Shown: positions 28,852 through 38,769 of the stretch, in pieces
Layout: every line of letters starts with the position of its first letter
Numbering within the stretch: the stretch's first letter is position 1
NCBI GenBank assembly: GCA_963762145.1
Contig: CAVXJS010000021.1
Span: 832,001 to 896,000 of the forward strand
Source of the DNA: an uncultured Candidatus Rokubacteria bacterium
Lineage (GTDB): Bacteria > Methylomirabilota > Methylomirabilia > Rokubacteriales > CSP1-6
Length of the DNA stretch: 64,000 bases
Reading direction: 5' to 3'
Translations under genes and position numbers: made by a program
The notes under the pieces: generated by a model
What the model saw: only the letters and a program-made list of their open reading frames with translations
Databases searched by the model: none
What the model was told of the DNA's origin: nothing

Positions 28852-29241
28852 ATGTACCGGTTGGCCAGGCTCTCGCTGGTCGTGCTCGCCCTGCTCACGC
28901 TGGGGCCCTTAGGCGCATGGGCCGACGACCGGATGGGCGGGCGCCCGGGCTCGCCATTCCGGCCGCACCGGCCGTCCCGGCCCATTGCCCGGCCGCTCCC
29001 GATCATCGGATGCTGTCTGGACGGAGGGTACTTCCCTCCGGCACCGCCGGTGGTCGTGATCCCGCCGCCCCCGCCGGTCTACGTGATCGTCCCGTCGCCG
29101 CCGAGCCTCGTGTACATCCCGACGCCGCGGGTCGAGCCTGCGCCCGAGATCACGCTGCCCACCGGACGCTGGGCGCGCCACGGCAATGGCGTGGATTACC
29201 CGTACGTGTGGGTGTGGGTGGGCCCTGCCGCAGCCCGCTGA
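28852..29241 (+). CDS. secreted proline-rich hypothetical protein
   Basis: Signal peptide; PPVVVIPPPPPVYV; GRWARHGNGVDYPYVWVWV. Confidence 0.7.
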   Translation: MYRLARLSLVVLALLTLGPLGAWADDRMGGRPGSPFRPHRPSRPIARPLPIIGCCLDGGYFPPAPPVVVIPPPPPVYVIVPSPPSLVYIPTPRVEPAPEITLPTGRWARHGNGVDYPYVWVWVGPAAAR

Positions 29242-29247
29242 GCGAGC

Positions 29248-30744
29248 TCAGCCTCGCACGACGTAGCCGTAGCGGCGGTTGCTGCGGCCCATCCCGCGCC
29301 GCTCGTACTCGGCCTTGAGCTCGGCGAGCCGGCTGGGTCCCGCGAGCTCCACGTGGCGGTTGTAGCGATAGAGGCGCGCGACGTTCTCCCCGAAGATCGC
29401 GGTCTTCACCGGGCCGTCGGCCGCCCCGAGCGGCGCGAAGCCGTGCTTTCGCTGCATGTCCTCCGGGATCTCGAGCCGCCGCAGCCCTTCGATCTGCCAT
29501 TGCGGCGCGCCGGTCCACACCGCGTCGGTTCCCCAGATGACGTGGTCGGCGCCCATCCCGCGCACCAGCATGCCCATGAGGGCCGCGGTGAGGCGCGGCT
29601 GGGCCACCGTGGTCAGCGCGAAGAGCTGGCCGAGGTCGGCGTAGACGTTGCTCACCCCGTACTTGCCGGGGATCTCGGCCAGGTCCGTCACCCACTCCAC
29701 GCGGCCGGTCTGCTCGAACTGGGCCAGCGCGTCGGCGGGATCGCCGCCGCCCGCGAAGCGATACGCCCCGTGGTAGATGATGAAGTTGAGCTGCGGCCAG
29801 TCCTTCGCCGCCTTCCCCATGTCGCGCACGTCGCAGTAGGCGCGCAGGTTCGGGAACCGCTGGTCGAGCGCGGGCGCGAAGAGGCCCTTGTGGATGCAGA
29901 CGTTGATCACGCCCGCCTTCGCCATCTTCTCGTAGGCCGGGTAGAGTAGCTTCTCGTCGTCGAGCCGCCACGGGTGCCGGCTCTGGTCCTTGTTGGTGTT
30001 GTCCCCGATCGTGTAGCCCTTCATCGAATCGGGCTTGAGATCCACCAGCGCGCGATCGAGCGCCTCCATCCAGCCGGGCTGGCCCGGGGTGAAGATGGCG
30101 TGGGTGAGCAGCCGGCGCCCGCCGAGCCGCGCGTTCACGGTGGCGCGGGCCTGCGCCATCATCTCGTTGGTGAGGAACCAGTCGGAGGGCACGTCGGAGG
30201 GCGCGCTGCTGATGAGCGCCACCTTGGTGTCGCTGTCGAGGAAGATCTCCTTGAAGTAGTTGTCGAATTTTAGATCTTCGATGGTCTGCGGCCGGCCCGC
30301 GAGCCCCGGGTTCCACCCCGCCCGGCCCACCGCTTCCCGCATGCGCACGAAGCCGGTGAGGCGCGTGTCGTCCTTCAGGAAATGGGTGTGCGTGTCCATG
30401 ATGAACTGCCCGGCGAGCGCCTTCGCGCGCTCCGCCGCCATGTCCTTGTCGGCGGCCTCGGCGCAGGTGGCCGCGAAGAGCGGCCCGTACACCTCGTTCA
30501 TGGCCACGTAGGCCGCCGCCATGCCCGCCGCGGTGCGGAAGAAGGCGCGGCGGCTCAACCCCTGTCGGGCGCCCAGCTCGTCGCCGAGCGCCCGGGTCCG
30601 CACCTCGACCTCCCGCTGCGCCGCGGTCTGGCGCGTCGGGAAATACTCCTCGCTCGACACGATCTGGGTGGGCACGGGCCCGCGGAAGGCGTGGGTCTCG
30701 GCGGGCAGGAGCTGGTGCATCTCCTCGGCGCTCAGCAGTCTCAT
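29248..30744 (-). CDS. amidohydrolase 2 family protein
   Basis: DTHTH, CIHKG, IIYHG, WGTDAVW; internal SRRAFF twin-arginine-like motif. Confidence 0.88.
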   Translation of the reverse strand: MRLLSAEEMHQLLPAETHAFRGPVPTQIVSSEEYFPTRQTAAQREVEVRTRALGDELGARQGLSRRAFFRTAAGMAAAYVAMNEVYGPLFAATCAEAADKDMAAERAKALAGQFIMDTHTHFLKDDTRLTGFVRMREAVGRAGWNPGLAGRPQTIEDLKFDNYFKEIFLDSDTKVALISSAPSDVPSDWFLTNEMMAQARATVNARLGGRRLLTHAIFTPGQPGWMEALDRALVDLKPDSMKGYTIGDNTNKDQSRHPWRLDDEKLLYPAYEKMAKAGVINVCIHKGLFAPALDQRFPNLRAYCDVRDMGKAAKDWPQLNFIIYHGAYRFAGGGDPADALAQFEQTGRVEWVTDLAEIPGKYGVSNVYADLGQLFALTTVAQPRLTAALMGMLVRGMGADHVIWGTDAVWTGAPQWQIEGLRRLEIPEDMQRKHGFAPLGAADGPVKTAIFGENVARLYRYNRHVELAGPSRLAELKAEYERRGMGRSNRRYGYVVRG

Positions 30745-30842
30745 GGCAGGCTCCTCACGGCGCCCCCGGGCGCCGGATGGTGTGCGTGCCGGGATTCTGG
30801 CATACTCGGGCGCAATCCGGCGCGAAAGGAGCACCGTTCCCG

Positions 30843-31613
30843 ATGACGCGAGCGAATCTGAACGGCATCGAGATCGATTACGAGGCGACCGGCGCCGGCC
30901 CGGTGGTGCTCCTGAGCCACGGCTATTCCGCCACGCGCCGCATGTGGGACGATCAGCATCGCGCCCTCGGCGACCGCTACCGCGTCATCAGCTGGAGCAT
31001 GCGCGGCCACGGCGCGACCGAGAGCCCGGCGGACCCGGCCCGCTACTCGGCCCCCCTCACCATCGCGGACATGAAGGCCCTGCTCGGCCACCTGGGGGTG
31101 GAGCGGGCGGTCATCGGCGGGCTCTCCCTCGGCGGGTACGTCTCGCTCGGCTTCGCGCTCGAGCATCCGGGCATGACGCGCGCGCTCGTGATCTGCGACT
31201 CCGGTCCCGGCTATCGCAACGCCGACGCGCGCGAGGCGTGGAACGCGCGGGCCCGCGAGCGCGCGGTGTCGCTCGAGACGCGGGGGCTCGAGGCCCTCGG
31301 CAAGAGCCGCGAGGTCCGGGAGTCGGCGAGCCTTCACCGCTCGGCCCAGGGCCTGGCCCACGCCGCGCGAGGGATGCTCGCGCAGGAGGGCTCGCGGGTG
31401 ATGGACGGGCTCGCGGACATCCGGGTGCCGACTCTCATCATCGTGGGCGATCAGGACCAGCCGTTCCTCGCCCCCTGCGAGTACATGGCGAAGAAGATCC
31501 CGGGGGCGAGGCTCGAGGTCATCCGGGGCGCCGGACACTCCTCGAACCTCGACCAGCCGGAGGCCTTCAACCGCGTGCTGCTCGACTTCCTCGACGCGCT
31601 GCCGCCCGCCTAG
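30843..31613 (+). CDS. alpha/beta hydrolase
   Basis: GLSLGG nucleophile elbow, VGDQD, GAGHSSN. Confidence 0.9.
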   Translation: MTRANLNGIEIDYEATGAGPVVLLSHGYSATRRMWDDQHRALGDRYRVISWSMRGHGATESPADPARYSAPLTIADMKALLGHLGVERAVIGGLSLGGYVSLGFALEHPGMTRALVICDSGPGYRNADAREAWNARARERAVSLETRGLEALGKSREVRESASLHRSAQGLAHAARGMLAQEGSRVMDGLADIRVPTLIIVGDQDQPFLAPCEYMAKKIPGARLEVIRGAGHSSNLDQPEAFNRVLLDFLDALPPA

Positions 31614-31619
31614 ACGCCG

Positions 31620-32237
31620 TTACTGGACGGGCGAGAAGGCCGACGGGAGCATGATCTTGTTGGCCATCGTGAGCAGCGAGTCGGCGCCGCCCGGAGGCGG
31701 CCACACCCCCATCTCGCGCGCCTTGTTCCGCACCGCGGTCCGCTCGTCGAGGCTCTTGTAGGCCCAGATGTGGATGAAGCGGTTGGCCTCGCCGTGCTCG
31801 ACGTGCCCGGCCAGCGCGACCGGCGACATCTTGACGCGCTCCTCGATCTTCGACTGCCAGCGCTTGATCAGGTCCGGAAGCGTGCCCGGCCGCATCGCGT
31901 AGTAGCGCATCTCGAAGAACGGGCCCATCTTCCCCGGCTTGAGGTCGGGCAGGAAGTCGAACGGCACCACGATCTCCGACTGCATGGTCTCGATGAACTC
32001 GGCGATCTTGGGCGGCCAGTTGCCCGCCTTCACCGCGTCCGCCCGGAGGCGGTTGCGCTCGCTCATGTTCTCGTACGGCCACACGTGGATGATCTCGTTC
32101 AGCGGCCCGATCTCGGTGTGCCAGAAGGCGGCCAGCGGGGAGATCTTCTTGCGGTGCTCGTAGCCCTCGCCGAAGCGCTTCTCCACCTCGGGGAGGCTGC
32201 CCACCTTCACGCGGTACGTGCGGATCTCGTAGATCAC
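31620..32237 (-). CDS. NIPSNAP family protein (two domains)
   Basis: MIYEIRTY..GPLNEIIHVWPY and FFEMRYY..FIHIWAY. Confidence 0.9.
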   Translation of the reverse strand: MIYEIRTYRVKVGSLPEVEKRFGEGYEHRKKISPLAAFWHTEIGPLNEIIHVWPYENMSERNRLRADAVKAGNWPPKIAEFIETMQSEIVVPFDFLPDLKPGKMGPFFEMRYYAMRPGTLPDLIKRWQSKIEERVKMSPVALAGHVEHGEANRFIHIWAYKSLDERTAVRNKAREMGVWPPPGGADSLLTMANKIMLPSAFSPVQ

Positions 32238-32292
32238 GACGCCACTCCTTCTCGACTGCGGGGGAACTGCGGGCGCTGCGGTTTCTCCGATG

Positions 32293-33045
32293 CTACTGGG
32301 CCGTCCAGCCTCCGTCGATCACCAGCTCGCTCCCGGTCACGAAGGACGACTCGTCCGAAGCGAGATACAGAACCCCGTAGGCGACCTCGTCCGGCTCGCC
32401 GTAACGGCCGAGCGGGATGCGCGAGACCATGTACTCGTAGTGCCCGGGGTCGCCGCGGCGCGCCTCGGTCATGGGGGTCACGATCGGCCCCGGGTGCACC
32501 GAGTTGGCGCGGATGCGCTCGCGCGCGTACTGCACCGCGGTCAGCTTGGTCAGGGTCCGCACCGCGCCCTTGGAGGCCTGGTACTGCGGGCTGCTGCGCT
32601 CGAGGCCCACCATTCCGAGCTGCGAGGAGATGTTGACGATCGAGCCCCCGCCCGCCCGGCGCATCGCGGGGATCGCGGCCTTGGTGCCCAGGAAGACGCC
32701 CTTGGCGTTGACGTCCATGCCGTGATCCCACGCCTCCGCGGTCGTGTGCTCGAGCAGGCTGCCCCCGCCCACCCCCGCGTTGTTCACCAGCACGTCGAGG
32801 CGCCCGAAGCGGGAGACCGCGGTGGCCACCGCGCGCTCCCAGTCCGGCTCGCTCGTCACGTCGAGGCGCACGTAGACCGCCTCCCCGCCCTTGCCGGTGA
32901 TCTCGGCCTCGACCCGCTTGCCCTCCGCGTCGAGGATGTCGCCCAGGACCACGCGCGCGCCTTCCCGCGCGAACAGGATCGCCTCCGACGCGCCCATGCC
33001 GCGCGCGCCGCCGCTGATCAGGGCGACCTTGCCCGCGAGTCTCAC
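32293..33045 (-). CDS. short-chain dehydrogenase/reductase
   Basis: [28 protein letters not shown]. Confidence 0.93.
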   Translation of the reverse strand: MRLAGKVALISGGARGMGASEAILFAREGARVVLGDILDAEGKRVEAEITGKGGEAVYVRLDVTSEPDWERAVATAVSRFGRLDVLVNNAGVGGGSLLEHTTAEAWDHGMDVNAKGVFLGTKAAIPAMRRAGGGSIVNISSQLGMVGLERSSPQYQASKGAVRTLTKLTAVQYARERIRANSVHPGPIVTPMTEARRGDPGHYEYMVSRIPLGRYGEPDEVAYGVLYLASDESSFVTGSELVIDGGWTAQ

Positions 33046-33672
33046 TTGGTGCCGAAGAGCCGGTCGCCCGCGTCGCCGAGGCCGGGGACGATGTAGCCGT
33101 GCTCGTTCAGGTGGCTGTCGATGGCCGCGGTGTAGACCGGCACGTCGGGGTGCTCCTGGTGGAAGTGCTCGAGGCCTTCCGGGCAGGTCAGGAGGCAGAC
33201 GAAGCGGATCGAGCGGGGGCCGGTGGCCTTCACGCGGTGGATCGCGGCGACCGCCGAGTTGCCGGTGGCGAGCATGGGATCGAGCACGACCGCGTCACGC
33301 TCTCCCATCTCGTGCGGCACCTTGAAGTAGTACTCGACCGCCTGGAGCGTCGTTCGGATCGCGGTAGAGGCCCACGTGGCCGACGCGCGCGCTCGGCAGG
33401 ATACGGAGCATGCCGTCGAGGAGGCCGTTGCCCGCGCGCAGGATCGAGATCAGCACGATCTTCTTGCCGTCCAGGAGCCGGATCGTGGCGGGCCCCACCG
33501 GGGTCTCGGCCGCGACCTCGTGGGTGGGCAGCTCACGGGTCACCTCGTAGGCCAGCAGCATGCTGATCTCCGCGAGCAGGCTGCGGAACTCGGACGTGCT
33601 CGTCTCGCGCCTCCGCATGAGGCCGAGCTTGTGCTGCACGAGCGGGTGGCCGATGACGACGACGTCGTCCAG
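33042..33672 (-). CDS. upp: uracil phosphoribosyltransferase, apparent +1 frameshift near 33354
   Basis: [22 protein letters not shown] in one frame; [34 protein letters not shown] in another; start uncertain (CTG). Confidence 0.9.
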
Positions 33673-33682
33673 GGCTAGAGGG

Positions 33683-33755
33683 CTCGGAGGGGGCTGCGCC
33701 CCCTGCCGAACCTCCCCCCAAAGGCAGATCGCGCGGGCCAAGCCCGCGCTCGGAG
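33683..33755. repeat. double-hairpin intergenic repeat element
   Basis: GGGGGC-TGC-GCCCCC and GCGCGGGC-CAA-GCCCGCGC hairpins with CTCGGAG at both ends. Confidence 0.6.
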
Positions 33756-33803
33756 CGGACCCTCCAACCGGCTACGCGTCATGATGGGGTACCAGGACAG
33801 ACC

Positions 33804-34742
33804 CTAGACCAGTTCGAGCTGCGAGCGGCCCCAGGTCACGTCGACCTCGCGGGCCGGGCTGACCATCGCGGGTCCCTCGTCGGGGGCGGTCGGCCCCTCG
33901 CCGGCCACGGTGGTGCGGTGCATGACCCGCCGGTACTTCGACTCGTCCCACGGGCGCCCGCGGTGGAGCATGCACCGGTTGTCCCACATGACCAGGTCGC
34001 CGACCCGCCACTGGTGCGTGTAGACCAGCTCGGGCCGGGTGGCGGCCTCCCGCAGCTCGCGCAGGAGCGCGCGCGCCTCCGCGGTGGGCATGCCCACGAT
34101 CTCGCAGGCGTGCGAGCCCACGTAGAACGCCTTGCGTCCGTTCGCGGGATTGGCGCGGACCAGGGCCTGCCGCACCGGCGGCACCTGGGCCGCGTGCTCG
34201 GGTGGCATCAGCCCGTCGTCCACGAGCCCCCGCGAGTACACGAAACTGTGGACGGCCACCTTGCCCTCGAGGAAGCGCTGCATGTCCACCGGCAGGCGCT
34301 CGTAGGCCACCCGCATGCTCGCGAACTGGGTCTCGCCGCCCTCCGGCGGGATCTCGCGGGCGGAGAGCAGCGACGCGTGCGCGGGCACCTTCTTGAACGA
34401 GCTGTCGGTGTGCCACATCTGATTGCCCGCATTGAAGAGATTGCGCTTGTCGCCCGCCGGGATCAGGCGGCCCTCCCCGTCCACGTTGGACAGGTTCGAG
34501 ATCTGGGGCGGGGTGCTCGCCAGGGTGTTGATGCTCCGGATGGTCGTCTCGAGCGGCCCGAAGCGCCGGCTGAACGCGACCTGCTCCTCGTCGGTGAGGG
34601 ATTGCCCGCGGAAGAGCAGCACCGAGCGCTCGTTGAACGCGGCGACGAGCTCCTGAAACACGGGCTCCTCCACCGTCTTGACGTCGACGCCCACGATCTC
34701 GGCTCCGAACAGGGGGTGGAGCGTCCTCGTCGTCAGTGACAT
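33804..34742 (-). CDS. TauD/TfdA family Fe(II)/2-oxoglutarate dioxygenase
   Basis: WHTDSSF, GGETQFAS, MWDNRCMLHR, RRVMHRTT. Confidence 0.92.
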   Translation of the reverse strand: MSLTTRTLHPLFGAEIVGVDVKTVEEPVFQELVAAFNERSVLLFRGQSLTDEEQVAFSRRFGPLETTIRSINTLASTPPQISNLSNVDGEGRLIPAGDKRNLFNAGNQMWHTDSSFKKVPAHASLLSAREIPPEGGETQFASMRVAYERLPVDMQRFLEGKVAVHSFVYSRGLVDDGLMPPEHAAQVPPVRQALVRANPANGRKAFYVGSHACEIVGMPTAEARALLRELREAATRPELVYTHQWRVGDLVMWDNRCMLHRGRPWDESKYRRVMHRTTVAGEGPTAPDEGPAMVSPAREVDVTWGRSQLELV

Positions 34743-34848
34743 GGCGTGCCCTCCTCCGGGGTCCCGATCATAAGCGAGCGGGTCGGGGGCCCGCAACCGC
34801 TTGCGCCCCCGGGCCCGGCGGGTATGCTCTCTGCCGGGAGGCCCCACC

Positions 34849-35320
34849 ATGTCCACCGTCTCGTCCCCGATCAGCATCGTCATCGACCGCCTGGCTGGAG
34901 GTCCCACCGCGCCCGGGGCCGGCGGCGCGACCCCGCTGCGCACCCGTGTCGCCGAGGTCGTCGCGCAGATGGGCCCGGCCCCTTGGTCGCGGCGCATCAT
35001 CGCCGACGAGCGCAACCTGGTGACCCTCATCGCCTCTCCGCCGGGCGGCGGCAACCGGCCGCACTGGCATCGCGAGTTCGACGAGTGGTGGGTGGTGCTC
35101 GCGGGGCGCCTGCAGTGGGAGCTGACCGGCGGCGTGGTGGTGGACGCGGCCAAGGACGACATCGTGTGGGTGCCGCGCGGCGCGCGTGCACCACATCCGG
35201 AACGTCGGGACCGACCTGTCGCTGCGCCTGGCGGTGGCGATGCCGCCCGCCTGGCACTTCTACCACCCGTGCGAGCAGTGCGGCTTCAGCGACGATGGCC
35301 CGGAGTCGTGGTGTGCTTGA
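34849..35320 (+). CDS. cupin domain protein, apparent +1 frameshift near 35184
   Basis: PHWHREFDEWW...WVPRG, then in the shifted frame VHHIRNVG...HPCEQCGF..WCA stop. Confidence 0.8.
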
Positions 35321-35422
35321 TCGGAGGGGGCCTCAGGGACGCTTGCGGAGGGTGACGCGCCTGCTTATGCTTTGGCCCACTACGCAGCATCGGATAGCGG
35401 AGCACCGGAAAGGGGAGCGTCC

Positions 35423-36484
35423 ATGACGACGTCAGCGGGTCCCTCTCACGTCTACGTTGGAGCAGCGAAGTGGACCGGCGGGAGCAAGAGCGGGGTGTTC
35501 CGGCGCGGCGAGGACGACACGCGCTGGGAGCTCTGCAACAAGGGCCTGCCCGACGACGTGCACGTGCAGGCGATCACGGTGCACCCGACGAATCCGGACG
35601 TGGTCTACGTGGGCACCCAGGACGGCCCCTACCGGAGCGTGGACCGCGGCGAGCGCTGGGACCGCCTGCCCTTCCCGGAGGACGGCGGCCAGGTCTGGTC
35701 GATCACGGTGCATCCGAAGAACCCGCGCACGCTCCTCATCGGCACCTCGCCGGTCGGCATCTATCGCAGCGACGACGAGGGCGCCTCGTGGCGGAAGCTG
35801 CCGAACGCGGTGCAGCCCGAGCGCGTGAAGATGCCGTTCGCGTGCCGGGTGATGCGCATCGACATCGATCCCGCCCAGCCCGACCACATCTACGCCGCGC
35901 TCGAGGTGGGCGGCGCCATGCGGAGCCTCGACGGCGGCGTGACCTGGAACGATTGCAGCGCCGACCTCGTGAAGCTCTCCGATCTGCCGCATCTCAAGAG
36001 CCGCATCGTGAGCGACAGTGAGATGGAAGGCATGCTCGACGGCCACGCGCTCTGCGTGAGCCCGGCCGCCTCCGGCACCGTGATCCTGGCCCTGCGCATG
36101 GGCCTCTTCCGCAGCACCGATAACGCAGCGCACTGGAAGGACATGGAGGTCGGCCGGTTCTCCCCGCTGACCTACAGCCGCGACATCCGCGTGTCGCCGC
36201 AGGACCCGCGTGTGCTCTACGCCTGCCTGAGCCCGGCCGCGCGCAGCGAGGACGGCTCGGTCTACCGGAGCGCCGACCTGGGCGAGACCTGGACGCGCTT
36301 CGACCGCGGCGTCAAGGCGGAGAGCACGATGATGGCGGTGGCGCTCCACCCACGCGACGCGGCCCGCGTCTACTGCGTGAGCCGTACTGGCCAGGTGTTC
36401 GGCACCCAGGACGCCGGGCGCACGTGGAGCGAGAACCGGCTGCCCGAGGGCGTCGGGGACGTCTACGCGATCGCCTGCGGGTGA
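35423..36484 (+). CDS. BNR/Asp-box repeat beta-propeller protein
   Basis: Repeated YRSxDxGxxW Asp-boxes; no signal peptide. Confidence 0.85.
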   Translation: MTTSAGPSHVYVGAAKWTGGSKSGVFRRGEDDTRWELCNKGLPDDVHVQAITVHPTNPDVVYVGTQDGPYRSVDRGERWDRLPFPEDGGQVWSITVHPKNPRTLLIGTSPVGIYRSDDEGASWRKLPNAVQPERVKMPFACRVMRIDIDPAQPDHIYAALEVGGAMRSLDGGVTWNDCSADLVKLSDLPHLKSRIVSDSEMEGMLDGHALCVSPAASGTVILALRMGLFRSTDNAAHWKDMEVGRFSPLTYSRDIRVSPQDPRVLYACLSPAARSEDGSVYRSADLGETWTRFDRGVKAESTMMAVALHPRDAARVYCVSRTGQVFGTQDAGRTWSENRLPEGVGDVYAIACG

Positions 36485-37137
36485 AGCTCCTCCTCGGCCC
36501 CCTCGGCACCAGGCCCCTCACCCTGCCCTCTCCCCAGTGGGGAGAGGGTAGAGGGAGTGAGGTCGCGGACGAAACAGCGCACGTCGCCCAGGTGCTCGTA
36601 GTGCTCGGTGTGGGCTGGCAGGCCGGCCTTCGCCGCGTCGAGCCCGAGTGATCTCAAAACCGGCTCGGTGAGGAGCGCGTAGCCGCCCTTCCGTTCGAGA
36701 CCGTTCTTCAGCAGCCGGTGCACCAGGATGACCGCGGTGCCGGTCACGCGGTTCCGCCCGCCGACCATGTGGCGCAGGAACGGGCCGTGGTGAACCACCA
36801 TCTTGAGATCGAGCGACCCGCTCTGCTGACACGCGCCGCACGGGCAGGTCTCGATTTCCTGCATCGCCCGCTGCCGCGCTTTGAAGGCGGCGAAGGCATC
36901 TTCCAGGACCTCGAGGAGCCGCTCCTTGGGCAATGGAGACCCCTCCCCACCGAGGGCGAACACCGCGTCGCCCTCGATCTCCTGGATCTCGAGCGGCGGC
37001 GACAGGTGCCCGACCACCTCGTCGAGCAGGGCCGCGATGATGTCGGAGCCGTGCTCGAGCTCCGTGGTGGTCACGAAGCGGGTGAAGCCGGACACATCGG
37101 CCAGGATCAGGAATCCGTGATCGGTTCGGTTGTTCAT
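36463..37137 (-). CDS. DUF2652 domain protein (nucleotide cyclase-like fold)
   Basis: ILADVSGFTRF, EIEGDAV, CPCGAC, LKMVVHHG, ILVHRLLKN. Confidence 0.85.
   Translation of the reverse strand: MNNRTDHGFLILADVSGFTRFVTTTELEHGSDIIAALLDEVVGHLSPPLEIQEIEGDAVFALGGEGSPLPKERLLEVLEDAFAAFKARQRAMQEIETCPCGACQQSGSLDLKMVVHHGPFLRHMVGGRNRVTGTAVILVHRLLKNGLERKGGYALLTEPVLRSLGLDAAKAGLPAHTEHYEHLGDVRCFVRDLTPSTLSPLGRGQGEGPGAEGAEEELHPQAIA
36514..36548. repeat. REP-like palindromic repeat, copy 3 (inside the DUF2652 C-terminus)
   Basis: CCCCTCACCCTGCCCTCTCCCC-AGT-GGGGAGAGGG. Confidence 0.85.
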
Positions 37138-37481
37138 GCGTTACCTCCGGTCCGGCCGGTGGCCGAGACGATATCGAGGACCTGGACTGAGCGGGGCAGC
37201 TCGATGAGGAACTCGGCATCCCCTTCCAGGTGGTGGATGCGCCGCGGGTCCGGGCCGGCGAAGCGCGACATCGCCTCGATGCTCTCCCAGTAGGAGATCG
37301 TCACGAACTCGGTCTCGGTCGCGCGATCCTCGCGGAGCATGTGGACGCCCAGGGCCTTCGCCTCGAGGGGCCGGATGCCGTGCTCGTAGAGATACTGCGC
37401 GTACTCGTCGGCCCGGGCGGCCGTCGTGCGCCCGCGCCAGATACGCGCGATCGTGGGGCGGGAAGTCGGTGACTGGCTCAT
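37134..37481 (-). CDS. ABM-like dimeric alpha-beta barrel protein
   Basis: IARIWRGRT..ADEY, EFVTISYWESIEAMSRFAG. Confidence 0.8.
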   Translation of the reverse strand: MSQSPTSRPTIARIWRGRTTAARADEYAQYLYEHGIRPLEAKALGVHMLREDRATETEFVTISYWESIEAMSRFAGPDPRRIHHLEGDAEFLIELPRSVQVLDIVSATGRTGGNA

Positions 37482-37530
37482 GCCCCTGAGACACCGGCCG
37501 AGGGCGGATGTGAAACAGGCCGGGTAGGGG

Positions 37531-38661
37531 CTAAGTCCGCTCCAGGATGTGCAAACCTCGGCCCCGGTCGATCAGGTAGAAGAGACCACGACCGTCCACC
37601 TCGACGTCGTTGCTGGAGACGCGGGCGTGACCGGCGGGGGGCTCCGGCAGGAAGTGGGCGACCTCGCGCGGGGCGTGAGGATTGGCGACGTCCACGACGC
37701 GGAGCCCGTAGGCGAACCAGGCCACCGGGATCTCGGTCCCGGTCACCCGCTCGCAGGGCTGATGGCAGCCGGTGAACTCGGGCTGAGGGTCGCCGTTCAC
37801 TCCCGGCACCTGGAAGGTCGAGATCGGCACCGGGTGGCGCTCGTCGGTGATGTCCACCAGCCAGAGGAACGACGGCGGCCCCGGGGCGGTCTTGGCCACG
37901 TCCTCGTCGGCGGCCAGCATGATCCGGCGACCGTGGAGCGGGAACGGCAGCGGCAGCGCGGTATGGGTCGGCGTGATGTAAGGCGGGCTCCAGTCGAGGC
38001 CGGAGACGAAACGGGGCTTGCTCATGTCCTCGATGTCGAGGATCACGAAGCCGCCGTGCCAGTAGCTCACGTAGAGCCGGTTGCCCGCGCGGATCGGGTG
38101 GTGGCAGCGATGATGGCGCCCCGACCACGCCGGCTTCTCGCCACCCGCGGTCCACTGCCCCGGCATCCACCAGCGCCCCACTTCCTTCGGGTTCGCGGGG
38201 TCCTGCAGATCGAGGATCATCACGATGTTGCCGACGTAGCCGTCCATCTCGGGCGAGATGTAAGCGTAGCGCCCGTCGAAGGTGAAGCGGTGCACGCCCG
38301 CGCCGCCGCACTTCCAGAACGTGATCTCGCGCGGCTTGCTCGGGGTGGACACGTCGTAGATCACGAGGCCGCCGCCGACGCCGGCCGGGGGCTGGTGGGC
38401 GGGCTGGGCCTCGCGGTTCACCAGCATGAGCCCGTTGGCCACGCGCACCTTGTGCGAGTGGGTCTGGGGCGGCACCTCGACGGTGGCGAGGATGCGGGGC
38501 CGGGCCGGGTCGCTCACGTCCACGATGCTGGTGCCGTGGGGCGCCTTCATGTGGGCGATGTAGGCGGTGGTCCCGTCGACGGAGACCTGGCCCCCGCCCG
38601 GGCAGTCGAGCCAGGACACCTGCCTGATGCCCTGCACGCTCGGCGCGATCGCGGTCGTCAT
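37531..38661 (-). CDS. LVIVD-repeat beta-propeller protein
   Basis: IVDVSDPARP, IYDVSTPSKP, ILDLQDPANP, VVDVANPHAP; His-rich (HSHK, HHRCHH, PTHT). Confidence 0.88.
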   Translation of the reverse strand: MTTAIAPSVQGIRQVSWLDCPGGGQVSVDGTTAYIAHMKAPHGTSIVDVSDPARPRILATVEVPPQTHSHKVRVANGLMLVNREAQPAHQPPAGVGGGLVIYDVSTPSKPREITFWKCGGAGVHRFTFDGRYAYISPEMDGYVGNIVMILDLQDPANPKEVGRWWMPGQWTAGGEKPAWSGRHHRCHHPIRAGNRLYVSYWHGGFVILDIEDMSKPRFVSGLDWSPPYITPTHTALPLPFPLHGRRIMLAADEDVAKTAPGPPSFLWLVDITDERHPVPISTFQVPGVNGDPQPEFTGCHQPCERVTGTEIPVAWFAYGLRVVDVANPHAPREVAHFLPEPPAGHARVSSNDVEVDGRGLFYLIDRGRGLHILERT

Positions 38662-38712
38662 GACGGCCGGAGCCTAGCAGACCGGGGGCCCGTCGCCAAG
38701 CCCGGGGGCCAT

Positions 38713-38742
38713 TTGACAGCCCCCGCCGGGGCGTGACACATT
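38713..38742 (+). promoter_or_regulatory. sigma70-type promoter
   Basis: TTGACA-18 nt-CACATT. Confidence 0.5.
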
Positions 38743-38769
38743 CTCCGCAACTCGCAAAGGAGCGTCGCC

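Noticed and set aside
36475-36500. ACG-TGA end of the BNR protein as a second Sec site
   Set aside because: No redox-motif geometry, no convincing SECIS, and it overlaps the convergent gene end.
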